Below are positions 1-9,132 of a stretch of DNA of 64,000 nt, piece by piece. The stretch covers positions 256,001-320,000 of the forward strand of contig JBGPQV010000001.1 of the NCBI GenBank assembly GCA_041489255.1, read 5' to 3'. This stretch comes from Thermoplasmata archaeon (lineage in GTDB: Archaea; Thermoplasmatota; Thermoplasmata; RBG-16-68-12; JAFNFQ01). Position 1 is the stretch's first letter; the number at the start of each line of letters is the position of its first letter. Made by a program: the position numbers and the translations under genes. The notes under the pieces were generated by a model. The model was not told where the DNA came from and ran no database searches. It saw only the letters and a list, made by a program, of their open reading frames with translations.

Positions 1-926
1 CTGTAGCCCTGCGCCTGCGCCCTCCCCGATTCAGGCACCGGCATGACTATGTCGGCCTTCACCGGATGCTCCTTCGCCAGCTGCTCCCCGACCTTGACGC
101 GCGCGTCATAGACCAGCCTGCCATCGACGAGGCTGTCCGGACGGGCAAAGTAGAGCCACTCGAACATGCAGTGGGCGGTATGGGTCGGATGCGGAAGGCG
201 CCAGCTCTCGAACCCCTCTTTCGTCAACTCCACGATTTCCCCTGGCTTCACGTCTCTCAGGAACCTCATCCCGAGTGTGTCGAACACGACGCTCTCAGAC
301 GCAATCATCCTCAAGCCGTTCCCCCGGCCTATGCACAGCGGTCTCACCGCCAACGGGTCGCGCAACCCGAAGACGCGTTCCCCGATCATGATCACCAGGC
401 TGTACGAGCCGACCAGCTTCTTCGTGAATTCGCGGAGGGCGCGGATGACGTCCCCCGTCGAGGCGATCTCGTTCGCGAGAAGACGAACGATGACCTCCGA
501 GTCGCTCGAAGTCATGAACGCCCAGCCCCTCTTCTGCAACTCCTTTCTGAGCGCATCAGAGTTGACTATGTCGCCGTTGTGCGCGAGCGCGATCCCGCCG
601 TACTCGGTGGTGCAACTTATCGGCTGCGCGTTCTCTATGGCGCTCGATCCCGTCGTGCTGTACCTGACGTGGCCCATGCCTGCGGTCCCGCCAAGGTCCT
701 GCAGATCCTCCTTCGAAAACACCTCATGGGCGAGCCCCATTCCCTTCTTGACCTTGATCTCGCCATCGAAAACGGCGATGCCGGCGCTCTCCTGGCCCCT
801 GTGCTGGACAATCCTCAAGGCGTAGTAGATGTCAGTCGCGACCGGGGAGTTCCCCACGGCCCCAATCACGCCGCACTTGTCCCGGGGCTTGAGTTCCTTG
901 TACCCGTTTTCTCCGCCACTTCTCAT
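1..926 (-). CDS. purF: Amidophosphoribosyltransferase (3' end outside window)
   Basis: Manual translation: MRSGGENGYKELKPRDK-CGVIG (propeptide + catalytic Cys), QHRGQESAG, CMFEWLYFARPDS, PVPESGR. Not in the ORF track because the stop lies outside the window. Confidence 0.95.
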   Translation of the reverse strand, partial: MRSGGENGYKELKPRDKCGVIGAVGNSPVATDIYYALRIVQHRGQESAGIAVFDGEIKVKKGMGLAHEVFSKEDLQDLGGTAGMGHVRYSTTGSSAIENAQPISCTTEYGGIALAHNGDIVNSDALRKELQKRGWAFMTSSDSEVIVRLLANEIASTGDVIRALREFTKKLVGSYSLVIMIGERVFGLRDPLAVRPLCIGRGNGLRMIASESVVFDTLGMRFLRDVKPGEIVELTKEGFESWRLPHPTHTAHCMFEWLYFARPDSLVDGRLVYDARVKVGEQLAKEHPVKADIVMPVPESGRAQAQGY

Positions 927-927
927 C

Positions 928-1095
928 CTAGTGCCTCTTGGCCCAGCTGAAACTCCGCAGTTTCTTCGATCTCCCATATCCGCAGGACGCGCAGTAACCT
1001 TTCTTGACGTGATAGCTGTGCCTGCCGCAGCGCCTGCATCGAATGTGCGTCTTCTTGACGCCCATCTTTCCGAGAGAAGCTGTGCCTTTGGTCAT
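928..1095 (-). CDS. rpl37e: 50S ribosomal protein L37e (55 aa)
   Basis: Manual translation [55 protein letters not shown]; C4 zinc finger; directly downstream of Lsm as is typical in archaea. Confidence 0.97.
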   Translation of the reverse strand: MTKGTASLGKMGVKKTHIRCRRCGRHSYHVKKGYCASCGYGRSKKLRSFSWAKRH

Positions 1096-1106
1096 CTAGG
1101 CCGACC

Positions 1107-1322
1107 TCAGGGGCTGATATAGATAACGTTGTCGCCTCGGACGACGGCAAGCTCGACCTTCCTCATGGTCTCGTTGTCCATCAACTCCTCGGCGTTCCTC
1201 AGGACAAGGTTCATGTGCGGATCGAAACCTTCTAGAATCCCCCTGTAGCCACGCCCTCCTTTCAGCTCCACCAGGATGCTGGTGTTTATGTGCTGATTAA
1301 GCAAAGAAAGCGGCTTAATCAT
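1107..1322 (-). CDS. Sm-like (Lsm/SmAP) RNA-binding protein
   Basis: VELKGGRGYRGILEGFDPHMNLVL (Sm1) and VRGDNVIYISP (Sm2); start moved to ATG at 1322. Confidence 0.95.
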   Translation of the reverse strand: MIKPLSLLNQHINTSILVELKGGRGYRGILEGFDPHMNLVLRNAEELMDNETMRKVELAVVRGDNVIYISP

Positions 1323-1415
1323 GTTCTCGTGGATGAGAAGCCCGTGCACTACTTAAAGGTTTACTGGAGTGAGTTCGACTCGGACGGCGATGCTCACCGG
1401 TCATTGCTCGGGATC

Positions 1416-2006
1416 TCAGACCTTCGATACCGCTTCGGTCAGATCCTCAATTGTCTTCTTTCCCAGCGTCTCCTCGATTATTCTGAGTCCGAGCGTCTTG
1501 AAGGCAATATCGACGTTCTCGCCCGTCTTCGCGCTGGTGAGCACCTCGTCTGCATCGTGCTCCCCGGCGAAGCGCGCGAGCTTGTCCGAGAGCCTTTTGA
1601 TGCTGTTCGGCGGGATGAGGTCGAGCTTGTTCGCGGCGACCATCACGGGCACTTTCCCCACCACATTCCCCGCGGCTTTTATCCATGTGGCCAAGGACTC
1701 CAGCGTCTCCTCCCTCGTCAAGTCGCAGACGGCCACCACCCCGCTCGCTCCGTTGAAGTACGACTCTTTGATCACCCCGATGAGGTCCTTCTCTCCCATG
1801 ATGTCCCATAGAGTCATCAGGAAATCGACCTTCCCGCCCCCAGAGACATCGAGTACCATTCGCTTCTTCGTGACCTTCGTTCCCATGGTTGAAATGTACT
1901 CGTCGCCGAATTGGTCAAGCACATAGCGGCGGATGAGGGAGGTCTTGCCCACCCCGGAGTCGCCAACCATGCAGAGCTTCGCCCTGAATAGCGATGGTAT
2001 TTGCAC
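1416..2006 (-). CDS. Rab-like small GTPase (Ras superfamily)
   Basis: G1 GDSGVGKTS, G2 YISTMG, G3 WDIMGE, G4 NKLD, G5 TSAKTGENV. Confidence 0.9.
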   Translation of the reverse strand: MQIPSLFRAKLCMVGDSGVGKTSLIRRYVLDQFGDEYISTMGTKVTKKRMVLDVSGGGKVDFLMTLWDIMGEKDLIGVIKESYFNGASGVVAVCDLTREETLESLATWIKAAGNVVGKVPVMVAANKLDLIPPNSIKRLSDKLARFAGEHDADEVLTSAKTGENVDIAFKTLGLRIIEETLGKKTIEDLTEAVSKV

Positions 2007-2146
2007 TATATCGTGTCCTGGCCTTGGCGAGCGCGGGGGGATGAGATAAACCTCCCCTCATCATTCTCATCCGCGATATCCATCTAGCCGACCGAGGCCT
2101 CCGCTGGAGGATACGGGTCGACTCGGCTTTGAGCCGGGCAGTCACT

Positions 2147-3238
2147 CTACGCGATGATCTTGCCCTTCTCCACTATCCTCTTGCCCTCCACGTCGAGTGT
2201 GGCATTGCTCAGGGTCCCGCCGAACTCGTAGTCACTCTGGACCTTCCCGCCAAGCTCCCGGTTCTCGCCGATGCCAACGGAGATGGTCCCTGCGGCCAGA
2301 TAGGCATGCAGGAAAGATGGCTTCGCCTTGGGATTGATGCCTATTCCAATCGAGCTGAGCAAATCCTTCCCGCCAGTCGCGACGTCATAGAATGCCTTCG
2401 TCGCCTCCACATTCTTCCTCGCCGCGAACTCAACGAGATGTCCGTCCTTGAATGTCCATGACATCCCCTGTATCAGCAGCCCCACCTGAGGCGTCGCCAC
2501 GTCGAAGATCACTCTGCCGTTCGCGCTGGTCTCGTCCACAGTCGTGGCGACCTCCCCGGCCGGCAGGTTCGCGAACCTGGAGTCCTTCGCAATGTCTTCG
2601 TCGTCGATTATCCCGTCGTAGATGTGAACCCGCCGCGAGTCGAGACGGAAGGCAAGGTCGGTGCCGTTCGGAGCGGTCAGGTGCGCGTCACCCGTTCCGG
2701 ACAGATAGCCCGCCAGGTACTTCCCCTTCTTCTGCAGTTCCGCATACTTCACCGATAGCGCGTCAGTGACATTCTTCTTCCAGGCGGCAAAGGAGAACCC
2801 GTACGTCTTGGCCCTCTCCAGCGTGACCTGGCCCAACGCAAGGTGGACGGACCTGCTTGTCTTCTTCTGCAGCGCCGCCTCGTAGTGCCCCTGCTCGCCC
2901 TGGAACATCGCCGCGAACCTTTCTTTGGGGATCTTCTTCATCGGCGCCGGGTCCTTCGGTCCCCCAAGGCTGATGTAGGCCGTCACATAGTCGTTCAGAC
3001 CGAGGCAGTGCTTCGAGGTCTTCCTGAGCTGCTCGATGGTCAGGTGCTTGAACTGCCCGTAGAACCACTCGTCCGTCTCCAGCTGGATAAACGGATCCGC
3101 CCCGACCTTGTAGCACTCGATCGCGAGCTGGTCCGCCAGGTCCATGGTGTGCGGATACGTTGTTATGATTACCGGCTCGTCCTCCTTCAGACGGAGGCAC
3201 TCCCTGACTACACTCTGCGCGATATTCGCCACTGTCAT
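2147..3238 (-). CDS. M29 (thermophilic metallo-aminopeptidase) homolog, metal ligands degenerate
   Basis: NGTDL, NLPAGEV, GIGINP and GEN..LGG motifs; start chosen at MTVANI. Confidence 0.8.
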   Translation of the reverse strand: MTVANIAQSVVRECLRLKEDEPVIITTYPHTMDLADQLAIECYKVGADPFIQLETDEWFYGQFKHLTIEQLRKTSKHCLGLNDYVTAYISLGGPKDPAPMKKIPKERFAAMFQGEQGHYEAALQKKTSRSVHLALGQVTLERAKTYGFSFAAWKKNVTDALSVKYAELQKKGKYLAGYLSGTGDAHLTAPNGTDLAFRLDSRRVHIYDGIIDDEDIAKDSRFANLPAGEVATTVDETSANGRVIFDVATPQVGLLIQGMSWTFKDGHLVEFAARKNVEATKAFYDVATGGKDLLSSIGIGINPKAKPSFLHAYLAAGTISVGIGENRELGGKVQSDYEFGGTLSNATLDVEGKRIVEKGKIIA

Positions 3239-3345
3239 CGCGCCTTCAGGGGGTAATGACGGTCGAATACAAGAAAGCGATGCGAGGCCCAAGCTGGAGA
3301 TGGTTCTCAGATGGCCCCGCTATCCAGTGACAATCTAGGCTCGCC

Positions 3346-4476
3346 CTACTCCAGGACGACTATCTTCCGCTTCGCGCACATGTCCTTGAGTATCTTCGGC
3401 CAGACTGTGACGCTGACCTCGCCGAGGTGAGCCTTCTTGAGGATGGCCATGTACGTGCGCGACTGGCCTATCCCGGACCCTACGCTGAGCGGGATTTCGC
3501 CGTTCATGATCGCCTTGTGGTACGGGTAGTTCAGGAAATGCATCTGGTTAGTGAGCGCGAGCTGCTGTTTCAGGGTCTGGGGCGTCACCCGGATGCCACC
3601 GGACATGAGCTCGTGCCTGCGCTTGGTCACCTGGTTCCAGACGAGGATGTCGCCGTTGAGGCCGTGCATCGGCTTGCCGTCCTTGGACTTGGTCTCGGTC
3701 ACCCAGTCGTCGTAGTCGGCCGCCCTCATCTCGTGCGGATAGCCGTCCTTCAGAGTCCACCCGATGCCGTATATGAAGACGCCCGGGTACTTCTGGAGGA
3801 TCGCTGTCTCCCTCTGTTTGCGCGGCAGATCGGGGAACATGTCCAGGATTTCCTCGGCGTGGATGAACTTGAGCTTCTCCGGAAGGTCCGGCCACTTCTT
3901 CGACTTCAGCTGCGGGAACTTCTTCTGGATTTGGGTCTCGGCGCCCTTGATGGCCTTCCAGATCTTCTCCACCGTTTTGGTCAGGTAGTCAAGGCTCCTG
4001 TCCTCGGCTGTGATCGCCTTCTCCCAGTCCCACTGATCCACATAGGCGCTGTGGTCGTGGTCCAGGAAGTAGTCCTTGCGCACCGCCTTCATGTCCGTGA
4101 GTATCCCCTCGCCCGGCTTGCACCCGAACTGCTTCAGTGCCATGCGCTTCCACTTCGTCGCCGCTTGGACAACCTGCGCGTCGACCGGGTGCTTGTTGTA
4201 GTCGTTGTTTATGTGGAACTGGACTGGCGTTCGCGATCCGTCGCGGTCCAGGAGGTCATTGACTCCGCTCTCGACGTCGACGATGAGGGGGACCTGGACC
4301 ATGTAAAGGTTCAGCTCCTTACACATCGTCTTCTCGATGAAACTCTTCGCCTCGAAAAGAGCCAGCATCGTCTCTTTGGGTGTCAGAAGCGGCTCGTAGT
4401 CGTTCGGAAGTATCTTCTCCAGCTCCTCGTAGTTCCCAATGCCTGGCCCGGCCAAGTCAGCTTTCTTGTCGGTCAT
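3346..4476 (-). CDS. asnA: Aspartate--ammonia ligase
   Basis: SGVND, KWKRMAL, GEGILTDMKAVRKD, HSAYVDQWDWEK, RAADYDDW, LNGDIL, GIGQSR. Confidence 0.95.
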   Translation of the reverse strand: MTDKKADLAGPGIGNYEELEKILPNDYEPLLTPKETMLALFEAKSFIEKTMCKELNLYMVQVPLIVDVESGVNDLLDRDGSRTPVQFHINNDYNKHPVDAQVVQAATKWKRMALKQFGCKPGEGILTDMKAVRKDYFLDHDHSAYVDQWDWEKAITAEDRSLDYLTKTVEKIWKAIKGAETQIQKKFPQLKSKKWPDLPEKLKFIHAEEILDMFPDLPRKQRETAILQKYPGVFIYGIGWTLKDGYPHEMRAADYDDWVTETKSKDGKPMHGLNGDILVWNQVTKRRHELMSGGIRVTPQTLKQQLALTNQMHFLNYPYHKAIMNGEIPLSVGSGIGQSRTYMAILKKAHLGEVSVTVWPKILKDMCAKRKIVVLE

Positions 4477-4618
4477 GCCGAATCCCATCTGTCCGAACCT
4501 TATCTCCTATATAGAACCGCCGAATTTGGCTGTGCTGGGGACGTCATCTCATGGAGGCAGTTGTCTGCCTCAAGGTCTAAGCGAATTGACAGTCTTTGAC
4601 AAGCATGGCAGGGAGTCT

Positions 4619-5308
4619 CTATCTCCTGATGTCAGCGAATAACCTGCCATCGCGGATCTCCACGATCCTGTCCGTCTCTTCAGCAATCCTTCGGTTGTGC
4701 GTGACTATCACGAAGGTCGTGCCCAGCCTCTTGTTGATGTCCCTGAAGAGCTTGTACACGTTCTCCGAGGATTCGGAGTCCAAGTTCCCGGTCGGCTCGT
4801 CTGCGAGGATTATCTTCGGGTTGTTGATCAGTGACCTGGCTATCGCGGTCCTCTGCTGCTGACCTCCCGACATCTTCGTGGCGGGGTTGTTCTTGACTTT
4901 GGACAGACCGACCAGGTCCAGCAGTTTCTCAGCCCTCAAGCGTACTTTGTCGGGAGGCCTGGTGTCGTTGATCCAGTATGGCATCAGCACGTTCTCATAA
5001 GCGGTGAACTCTGGCAACAGGTAATGGAACTGGAAGACGAAACCTATCGTCTGGTTCCTCAACCTCGCCAACTCGTTCTTCTTCATCTTGGCGGTTGTCC
5101 TGCCGTCGACGACGACCTCGCCCTTCGTCGGCCTGTCGAGCGAGCCGATTATATTCATCAACGTGGACTTCCCGCTCCCCGATTGACCGATTATCGAGTT
5201 GAACGAACCCTCCTCGAACGCGAGGTTGACGTCGAAAAGCACCTGCGTCTTGATGTCGCCATTGGTGTAGACCTTGTCCACATGCCTCAGCTCGATGATG
5301 TCAGCCAC
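4619..5308 (-). CDS. ABC transporter ATP-binding protein (LolD/MacB type)
   Basis: GQSGSGKST, GFVFQFHYLL, MSGGQQQR, ILADEPTGNLD. Confidence 0.95.
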   Translation of the reverse strand: MADIIELRHVDKVYTNGDIKTQVLFDVNLAFEEGSFNSIIGQSGSGKSTLMNIIGSLDRPTKGEVVVDGRTTAKMKKNELARLRNQTIGFVFQFHYLLPEFTAYENVLMPYWINDTRPPDKVRLRAEKLLDLVGLSKVKNNPATKMSGGQQQRTAIARSLINNPKIILADEPTGNLDSESSENVYKLFRDINKRLGTTFVIVTHNRRIAEETDRIVEIRDGRLFADIRR

Positions 5309-6455
5309 TTCGGATCACCTCGATTGGACTGAGCCTGGATGATCGACGCGCGGGGAGCACAGCCGCGAAAATCGCCGCCAATATCGCAACAATCCCCGAG
5401 GCCGCGATGAACGCATAATCGATATGAATCGTAATCAGCGATGAGCCGTCCGGATTGGCGGTTCCAATCGAGAAGCCGTAAAGCAGGAAGAGGCCGAGGA
5501 GCACACCCCCGATCGCCCCGCCGATTCCAAGGAATAGTCCCTCAAAGAGGAAAACCATGCTCGCGGCTCTGTCCGTGATGCCCATGGCCTTGAGTATTCC
5601 CAGCTGGCGGGACTTCTGGACCACCTTGATTGCGAGGACGCTCGCGATGGCGATGACTACCGAGACGAGGACGAAGAGCTGGATCATGTAGCTGGAGATG
5701 CTCTGGCCCTGGAGCCCGCTCAGGAGTTGCTGGTTCTGCGTCTTCCAGTCGAGAACCTTCACCGAGCTGTCGGAGATTGCGGCTTCGATGTCCACCGCGG
5801 CCTTGTCGGCCTTGAAGATGTCTTTCACCTGAATCTCTATGGAGGTGACATTGTTCCCGAAGCCGAAGATGCTCTGCGCCGTGGGCAAGTTCGTGAGAAT
5901 CCATGCGCGGTTGATTGACGCGACCTTCAGGTCGTAGAATCCGGTGATTGTCACCGCGAACCTGCTCGCATTGGCGGTAATCACGTCGAACGTGTCAGAT
6001 AGCTGGAGATTCAGGTCATTCTTGAGTTCCTTTCCAACTAAGACCCCCATCGACGTCTGGGGAAATGAGCCTTCGTAGAGAGCTTCATCCAGCCGGTAGA
6101 TGCCGTTGGCGTCCTCGAAGTTGAAGCCCCTCACGACGACTGATGCTGTCCTGCCTGTTTTGTCAATGAAAGCCGCGGAATCGGCAGCGACGGAGACTGT
6201 TTTCACCGCGTCAACCCCCCGGATCCTCGTGACCATCGCATCCCATCCGTGAATGGTCGGGCTGCTGTCTGCGGGGACGACTGTCACCTGCGATGACCTG
6301 CCGACCGTCGAATCAACTAGGCTCGTTTGGAGACTTCCTATGAGGGAGCCCACGAAGACCTGAACGGCAACTCCCACGGCGATTCCCGTAATGATCAGAA
6401 TCGTCTGGCCCCTGCTCGACCTCAGAAATCGGAGGGCAATCTTCAGCGAAATCAT
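5301..6455 (-). CDS. FtsX/MacB/LolE-type ABC permease
   Basis: One N-terminal TM, large extracellular domain, three C-terminal TMs; GILKAMG and PARR..RLSPIEVIR. Confidence 0.9.
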   Translation of the reverse strand: MISLKIALRFLRSSRGQTILIITGIAVGVAVQVFVGSLIGSLQTSLVDSTVGRSSQVTVVPADSSPTIHGWDAMVTRIRGVDAVKTVSVAADSAAFIDKTGRTASVVVRGFNFEDANGIYRLDEALYEGSFPQTSMGVLVGKELKNDLNLQLSDTFDVITANASRFAVTITGFYDLKVASINRAWILTNLPTAQSIFGFGNNVTSIEIQVKDIFKADKAAVDIEAAISDSSVKVLDWKTQNQQLLSGLQGQSISSYMIQLFVLVSVVIAIASVLAIKVVQKSRQLGILKAMGITDRAASMVFLFEGLFLGIGGAIGGVLLGLFLLYGFSIGTANPDGSSLITIHIDYAFIAASGIVAILAAIFAAVLPARRSSRLSPIEVIRSG

Positions 6456-7108
6456 TTGTTCCCGCCTCCTCTCAGGTTCCTGATGTCATTGAACGTCTGC
6501 AGGAGCATGTCGGCGCCTATGCGCCTGTACTCATCGGGGTTCTTGCGGAAGGCGTTCCCGCCAACGATAATCTTCACGTCGCGGTGACCAGCTTCCTTGA
6601 TTCTCGCGATGGCCTTCTCGGCCGCCACGATGTTGTAGTAGTTTGACACGCTGATGGCCAGGTACTTCGGTTTGGCGTCAGCAACGGCAGCGACGATGTT
6701 CATCCCCGGCGTGTTGGCGCCCACAAATGTTGCATCGTACCCGCAGAGAGTGAAGAAGTCCGTGACCATTTTCGCCCCGAGCTCGTGAAACTCCTCAACC
6801 GGGCAGACAACGAGGACTTTCTCCCCCTTCTTCCCGCCATACTTCCCATCGCGTTCACGGATGACGTAGGGGTAGCAGCACTCGATAATCGTCCTGACGA
6901 TCGCGCTCTTCACATGCTCCTTCCAGACACATTTATCCGTGTCCTCGAAGGTGCAGGCGATGTTGTTCAAAGCGGGAGCCAGAATCTCATCGTAGAGCGT
7001 GACTACATCCAGTTCCCCCTTAGAGAGTCTGGAGATCACGAAATTCACGCATTTTTCCTTGTCCTCTTGGTCCAACAATGATACGAACTCGCGGTAGAGC
7101 GGGTGCAT
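6452..7108 (-). CDS. Stand-alone cobalamin-binding protein (helical cap + B12 Rossmann domain)
   Basis: WKEH in the cap domain; EFHELG (E/DxHxxG), GANTP, AISVS, IIVGG. Confidence 0.85.
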   Translation of the reverse strand: MHPLYREFVSLLDQEDKEKCVNFVISRLSKGELDVVTLYDEILAPALNNIACTFEDTDKCVWKEHVKSAIVRTIIECCYPYVIRERDGKYGGKKGEKVLVVCPVEEFHELGAKMVTDFFTLCGYDATFVGANTPGMNIVAAVADAKPKYLAISVSNYYNIVAAEKAIARIKEAGHRDVKIIVGGNAFRKNPDEYRRIGADMLLQTFNDIRNLRGGGNK

Positions 7109-7254
7109 GCACCACTCCTGAATCGACGATTGGGAATTCGCTGAGTCGATGCCTCGGTTGACTATATTGTTGTCGCTTTGAGAGCGCCGAGCGCTTGCAC
7201 GGGTCCCGGCAAGGTTTTTCTAGCTCTTGCAGGTCATGTCCATAGAGGGCATGG

Positions 7255-7689
7255 ATGAAACTCACGGAAATCATCGAGGCTTTCAACGAGAACCTCACCA
7301 AGGAATATGGCGCCATATTGCTGTATATTGAGTTGCGGAAGCTGCCCTTGATGGCTAGGAATGTGAAGACCGCCGCTCTGATCTCCAGCCTGGCAGAGGA
7401 CGAAATGCATCATGCGGAGATGCTTGCGGATAAAATCGCCAGCCTCGGCGGAAAATCAACCTGGCAGATAGCGCCATTCGAAAGAAAGTCCACAGTCAAG
7501 GAGACCCTGATACAAATAATCGAGAGCGAAGAACAAGCGATAGAAGACTACTCCAATCTGATTGACAGGCTGGCTGACCAGCCGAAACTCCGGGAGATGC
7601 TCATTGCGATTCTCGAGGACGAGAGACGCCATAAAGAAAGAACAGAGGATCTGTTGAAATCCGTCTCGGGACGCAAGACGAACCCATAG
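7255..7689 (+). CDS. Ferritin-like di-iron four-helix-bundle protein
   Basis: E..AILLY, DEMHH, E.QAIEDY, DERRH carboxylate/His pattern. Confidence 0.85.
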   Translation: MKLTEIIEAFNENLTKEYGAILLYIELRKLPLMARNVKTAALISSLAEDEMHHAEMLADKIASLGGKSTWQIAPFERKSTVKETLIQIIESEEQAIEDYSNLIDRLADQPKLREMLIAILEDERRHKERTEDLLKSVSGRKTNP

Positions 7690-7790
7690 CGATTCCATTC
7701 TCTTGATCGCACTCCAGACATTCCATCACCCCTGTTCAGCCTGGCTCATTGGCGCAATCATCTGGCGGGGTATTCAGGTTTATCAGCATA

Positions 7791-7816
7791 TTCTGATTTA
7801 TCAGAAGGATTTAAAT
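7791..7816 (+). promoter_or_regulatory. Inverted repeat plus TATA-like box upstream of the HgcC-like/arsM operon
   Basis: TTCTGAT-TT-ATCAGAA (7791-7806) followed by ATTTAAAT (7809-7816), 33 nt before the ATG at 7850. Confidence 0.55.
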
Positions 7817-7849
7817 CAATGGAAATCCATGCTCTCCAGAGGCGTCTGA

Positions 7850-8131
7850 ATGACCAAGACCAGATTGCGCAAGTCACCGCAGCGGAACCAAACTGAGGAA
7901 ACCGGATGCTGCAAGGTGGAGTCAATAGTCGGCATAGACGATAGAGGACAACTTGTGCTCCCCAAGGAACTGCGCGACAAGGCGAAGGTGAAGGCGGGAG
8001 ACAAGATGGCGGTTGTGAGCTGGGAGAAGGGCGGGGAGGTCTGCTGCATAGTCATGATCAAGGCAGACGGCCTGACGAAGATGGTCGCGGACATGCTGGG
8101 TCCTATCATGAAGGATATAACGGAGAAGTGA
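7850..8131 (+). CDS. AbrB-fold HgcAB-associated (HgcC-like) protein
   Basis: [23 protein letters not shown]...GDK...CCIVMIKA: AbrB signature with two CC pairs. Confidence 0.85.
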   Translation: MTKTRLRKSPQRNQTEETGCCKVESIVGIDDRGQLVLPKELRDKAKVKAGDKMAVVSWEKGGEVCCIVMIKADGLTKMVADMLGPIMKDITEK

Positions 8132-8135
8132 TCAT

Positions 8136-8972
8136 TTGGCGGCCAAGATGAAGGAAGATGAGATCAAAAGAGTGGTGAGGCAGAGCTACGCGAAAGTCGC
8201 GAGAAACGCCGGACGCTGCTGCGGTCCCTCCGACATGCAGGAGGCGGTGATGGAGACGAGCAAAGCCATAGGCTACACCGCCGAGGAGCTTGCGGCAGCG
8301 CCGGAGGACGCAAACATGGGCCTCGGTTGCGGCAACCCGACCGCCATCGCGACTCTGGCCAAGGGCGAGGTGGTCCTGGACCTCGGATCAGGCGGCGGGT
8401 TCGACTGCTTCCTTGCCGCTGACAAAGTCGGCAGCAAGGGGAAAGTGATTGGCATCGACATGACCCCGGAGATGATTGAGAAGGCCAGGAAGAACGCCGA
8501 GAAAGGAGGCTACAAGAACGTCGAATTCAGACTTGGCGAAATAGAGAACCTCCCCGTCGCCGACAGTTCCGTCGATGTCATCATCTCCAACTGCGTCATC
8601 AATCTCGCACCCAACAAAAAGCGGGTTTTCGAGGAGGCTTTCAGGGTGCTGAGGCCGGGCGGTAGAGTCATCGTCTCCGATCTGGTCCTGTTGAAAGAAC
8701 TCCCCGAGGAGATTAAGAACTCGGTGGCTGCGTACGTGGGTTGCGTGGCCGGGGCGATGATCAAGGACGACTACCTCAAGGTCATCGAGAAGGCAGGATT
8801 CAGGAAGGTGCGTCTCTTGAAGGAGACGAGATTCCCGGTCCATGTGGCTCTGAGCACTCCCGCCGCGAACGAGGCAATCCAGCCGCTGAAACTGAGCAAG
8901 AAGAATGCGGACAAGTTTGTCGACTCCATCGCGAGCATCGACGTCTACACGGTCAAGCCGGGAAGGAAATAG
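8136..8972 (+). CDS. arsM: Arsenite S-adenosylmethionine methyltransferase
   Basis: N-terminal [32 protein letters not shown]; start may be ATG at 8148. Confidence 0.92.
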   Translation: MAAKMKEDEIKRVVRQSYAKVARNAGRCCGPSDMQEAVMETSKAIGYTAEELAAAPEDANMGLGCGNPTAIATLAKGEVVLDLGSGGGFDCFLAADKVGSKGKVIGIDMTPEMIEKARKNAEKGGYKNVEFRLGEIENLPVADSSVDVIISNCVINLAPNKKRVFEEAFRVLRPGGRVIVSDLVLLKELPEEIKNSVAAYVGCVAGAMIKDDYLKVIEKAGFRKVRLLKETRFPVHVALSTPAANEAIQPLKLSKKNADKFVDSIASIDVYTVKPGRK

Positions 8973-8974
8973 AG

Positions 8975-9089
8975 TGCGGGGGATGGGAATTCCAGTCCTG
9001 AGGCGGGCCTCGAGGACCTTTGAACCCATGAACTCCTGCGAGACAGGATTTTAAGTCCTGTGCCGTTGGCCAGGCTTGGCTACCCCCGC
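8975..9089 (-). tRNA. tRNA-Leu(UAA) with 30-nt intron (8989-9018) at position 59/60
   Basis: Acceptor GCGGGGG/CCCCCGC-A; anticodon arm CAGGA-CTTAAAA-TCCTG; long variable arm. T arm ATGGG-TTCAAA^T-CCCAT is restored by removing the intron; mature length 85 nt. Confidence 0.93.
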
Positions 9090-9132
9090 CGAAGCGCAAG
9101 AATGGCGGTGGCGTCTTAGACTTTTCCTCGCC

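Noticed and set aside
66-950. Plus-strand 294-aa and 219-aa ORFs
   Set aside because: Antisense shadows of purF. The same applies to the many overlapping ORFs opposite real genes in this GC-rich sequence (e.g. 3427-4599, 33242-34624, 55011-56270).
923-1150. 75-aa minus-strand ORF
   Set aside because: Wrong frame; the real gene is rpl37e at 928-1095.
2031-2046. GCGGGGGGATGAGA resembling the tRNA-Leu 3' end as a possible att site
   Set aside because: Short, G-rich, with an indel and a mismatch; no integrase in the window.
6452-7108. HgcA or a methanogenesis corrinoid protein
   Set aside because: No NVWCAAGK cap motif, no TM domain and no neighbouring methyltransferase.
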